64,000 bases of DNA from positions 16,864 through 80,863 of the forward strand of contig CAZRTN010000001.1 in NCBI GenBank assembly GCA_964603015.1, written 5' to 3'. This stretch comes from an uncultured Thermotogaceae bacterium. Its GTDB lineage: Bacteria; Thermotogota; Thermotogae; Petrotogales; Petrotogaceae. How positions within the stretch are numbered: position 1 is the first letter of the stretch; each line of letters opens with the position of its first letter. The position numbers and the translations under genes were made by a program. Under the pieces are notes generated by a model. That model was not told the DNA's origin and did not search any database. It saw only the letters and a program-made list of their open reading frames with translations. Shown piece by piece: positions 62,150-64,000 of this stretch.

Positions 62150-63202
62150 ATGGAATTATTAATTAAACCAGATAAATTTGAGTTGGTAGAAGAAAGACAG
62201 GAAAAAGATTATAATTATTCAAGATATGAATTATATCCTTTAGAAAAAGGTTATGCTATAACTATTGGTAATGCTTTAAGGAGAGTTTTATTATCTTCTA
62301 TACCTGCTTTAGCAATTACAGGATTAAGAATTCCTGGTAAATTGCATGAATTTGACACCTTAGAAGGAGTAAAAGAGGATTTATTAGAAATCGCTTTAAA
62401 CTTGAAACAGGTACAAATATCTGCAGACAACGTAGAAGAAATAAAAGAATTAGAAGAACCAGTAACCCTTACTATTAGCAAAAATGGTCCTGGAGAATTA
62501 TTAGCAGGAGATATAGATACTCCTACAGGTATTGAAATTTCAAATCCAGATTTTGTCATTGCAACAATTACAGATGATGTTGAAGTTGAAATGGAATTAT
62601 TTGCAGAACCTGGAAAAGGTTTTGTACCAGCAAATGAATTAGATCACCAGACAGATATAGAATATATATTCATTGATGGAGCTTTTAGTCCCGTAACCAA
62701 GGTAAATTATCTAACTGAAAACATTCGTGTAGGTAAAAGAACTGACTATGATAAACTGATATTAGATATCTGGACAAAGAAAAATGTTACTCCAGAATCT
62801 GCACTAAAAAGAGCTACTGAAATTTTGATGGAACATTTTATTTTTATCGCAAAACTTTGGAAAGACACTAACTTATTAGAAACGCTTGAACCTGTCCAGG
62901 ATATGGGTGGAGCTGAAGAAGAAGATGAATTAGAAGACTCTGATTCAAATATGTTTGGTCTTTCCACAGAAATTGTTGAAACTTCTATTGACAATTTAGA
63001 TCTTACTAAAAGAGCAAAAAATTGTTTGAAGAGAGAAAGAATCAACAATGTAGGTGAATTGTTAAACAAGACACCTGAAGAGTTAATGAAGATTAAAAAC
63101 TTTGGTAGAAAATCTTTAGAAGAAATAAAGAAAGAATTAGAAGAGAAATTCAATATTGAATATGAAAAATTGTACGATGAAGGGAGGAGCTCTGAAGAAT
63201 GA
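62150..63202 (+). CDS. rpoA: RNA polymerase alpha subunit
   Basis: PLEKGYAITIGNALRRVLLSS, HEF, FSPV, alphaCTD RAKNCL and KNFGRKSL. Confidence 0.98.
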   Translation: MELLIKPDKFELVEERQEKDYNYSRYELYPLEKGYAITIGNALRRVLLSSIPALAITGLRIPGKLHEFDTLEGVKEDLLEIALNLKQVQISADNVEEIKELEEPVTLTISKNGPGELLAGDIDTPTGIEISNPDFVIATITDDVEVEMELFAEPGKGFVPANELDHQTDIEYIFIDGAFSPVTKVNYLTENIRVGKRTDYDKLILDIWTKKNVTPESALKRATEILMEHFIFIAKLWKDTNLLETLEPVQDMGGAEEEDELEDSDSNMFGLSTEIVETSIDNLDLTKRAKNCLKRERINNVGELLNKTPEELMKIKNFGRKSLEEIKKELEEKFNIEYEKLYDEGRSSEE

Positions 63203-63588
63203 GACATAGAGTAAAGAGAAATAAACTCAATAGATATGCTTCACATAGAAAAGCCCTCGTTAAAAACATTGCAAGAAGTGTTTTTGAAGAAGGTTCTATA
63301 GTAACTACTACAGCAAAAGCAAAAGTAGCAAGAGTATTAGTTGAAAAAATTATCACAAAAGCTAGAAAAGCAAATGCTGCTGATACACCAGAAAGAAAAA
63401 TGGCGTTAAGTAGAGAAATAAATAGAAATTTTAACGATAGAAAATTAGTCGATAAAATCGTGAATGAGATAGCTCCAAAATATCAAGATAGAAATGGTGG
63501 ATACACAAGAATCTTGAAAATTGGTTTCAGAAGAGGAGACGCTTCTGAAATGTCTTTATTCCAACTTTTACCAGTAGACGAAAAATAA
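63199..63588 (+). CDS. rplQ: 50S ribosomal protein L17
   Basis: MRHR, TT.AKAK, RNGGYTRI, RRGDA. Confidence 0.97.
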   Translation: MRHRVKRNKLNRYASHRKALVKNIARSVFEEGSIVTTTAKAKVARVLVEKIITKARKANAADTPERKMALSREINRNFNDRKLVDKIVNEIAPKYQDRNGGYTRILKIGFRRGDASEMSLFQLLPVDEK

Positions 63589-63605
63589 TAATAATAAAAA
63601 ATATG

Positions 63606-63637
63606 AAAGAGGGTTTATTTATAAACCCTCTTTTTTT
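63606..63637 (+). terminator. Intrinsic terminator after rplQ
   Basis: AAAGAGGGTTTA-TTTA-TAAACCCTCTTTTTTT. Confidence 0.9.
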
Positions 63638-63759
63638 ATATAAAAAATTAAAAACTTCAAAAAGTCTTTTTCATAAGGAATTATGATACAATGTTAATAG
63701 AAGGTCTTACCGGATTTATTTCTTTCCAATTTCTTCAAAAAACTACGGAGGTGTACTTT

Positions 63760-64000
63760 TTGTCAGATAATAATAAAAGTTCCAAAGATAACATTAAAGC
63801 AGTAGAATTTGATATTGCAAAACTAAGTGAAATGACAAGAAAAGAATTGTATAATTTTGCAAGAAAGTTTAACATACAAAATTATTCAAAAATGACTAAA
63901 AACGAATTGATGTTTTCTATTTTAAGAAAACAAACAGAATCTATTGGGTATTTTTTCTATGAAGGTGTAATAGAAATATTACCTGATGGTTATGGGTTTC
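63760..64000 (+). CDS. rho: Transcription termination factor Rho (5' part, runs out of window)
   Basis: TTG start after GGAGGTG. Hand translation ...MTRKELYNFARKFNIQNYSKMTKNELMFSIL...EGVIEILPDGYGF matches the Rho N-terminus. Confidence 0.9.
   Translation, partial: MSDNNKSSKDNIKAVEFDIAKLSEMTRKELYNFARKFNIQNYSKMTKNELMFSILRKQTESIGYFFYEGVIEILPDGYGF

Noticed and set aside
275..63356. Many 60-190 aa antisense or alternative-frame ORFs in the track (e.g. 5729-6295, 17579-18142, 53914-54492, 62746-63207)
   Set aside because: They are shadows of well-supported genes, with Ser/Ile/Phe-rich composition, no SD and no recognisable motifs.
63698..63759. Pyrimidine-rich rho leader as a possible autoregulatory rut site
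   Set aside because: It is short and only modestly C-rich, so the support is insufficient.
1..64000. CRISPR arrays, IS/phage/integrase genes, rRNA, frameshifted or recoded genes
   Set aside because: I saw no regularly spaced repeats, transposase or integrase motifs, or interrupted frames. Nearly all sequence is accounted for by intact genes.

Overview
This window is AT-rich core chromosome of a Thermotogota bacterium, most likely Petrotogales (Geotoga/Oceanotoga/Marinitoga-like). The lineage call is an inference from the insert-bearing 354-aa NusG, the 1644-aa RpoC, the N-terminally extended L22, an RR468 orthologue and the rplQ-rho order. In order it contains: a minus-strand clpC-radA-disA-smpB-ABC-rsuA operon; tRNA-Thr/Tyr-rpmG-secE-nusG-rplKAJL-rpoBC; mtnA and an ABC-2 exporter; a minus-strand DUF2344-RR-PP2C-yebC-hypothetical-cheR-lspA-rluA-dnaE cluster; a class A PBP with two degenerate cNMP-fold genes; rplU-prp-rpmA-ribU-rplM-rpsI-dnaG-rpoD-uvrD; the str/S10/spc/alpha cluster; and the start of rho. 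I found no mobile element, CRISPR array, intein or rRNA. The most unusual signal is at the RNA level. First, perfect GC-rich hairpins built from rare codons lie in the 5' coding parts of radA, secY and map. Second, the rpoA leader has an 11-nt Shine-Dalgarno (SD) 35 nt from the start codon, bridged by a hairpin and flanked by a copy of the 16S 3' end. Third, rare-codon stems sequester SD sites at several ribosomal gene junctions. Protein-level oddities are a novel-looking tandem C-terminal repeat on the PBP, a probable AUU-initiated envelope protein, a minimal DnaE and an S4 that has lost all four zinc cysteines. All structures were folded by eye and none is computationally or experimentally verified.
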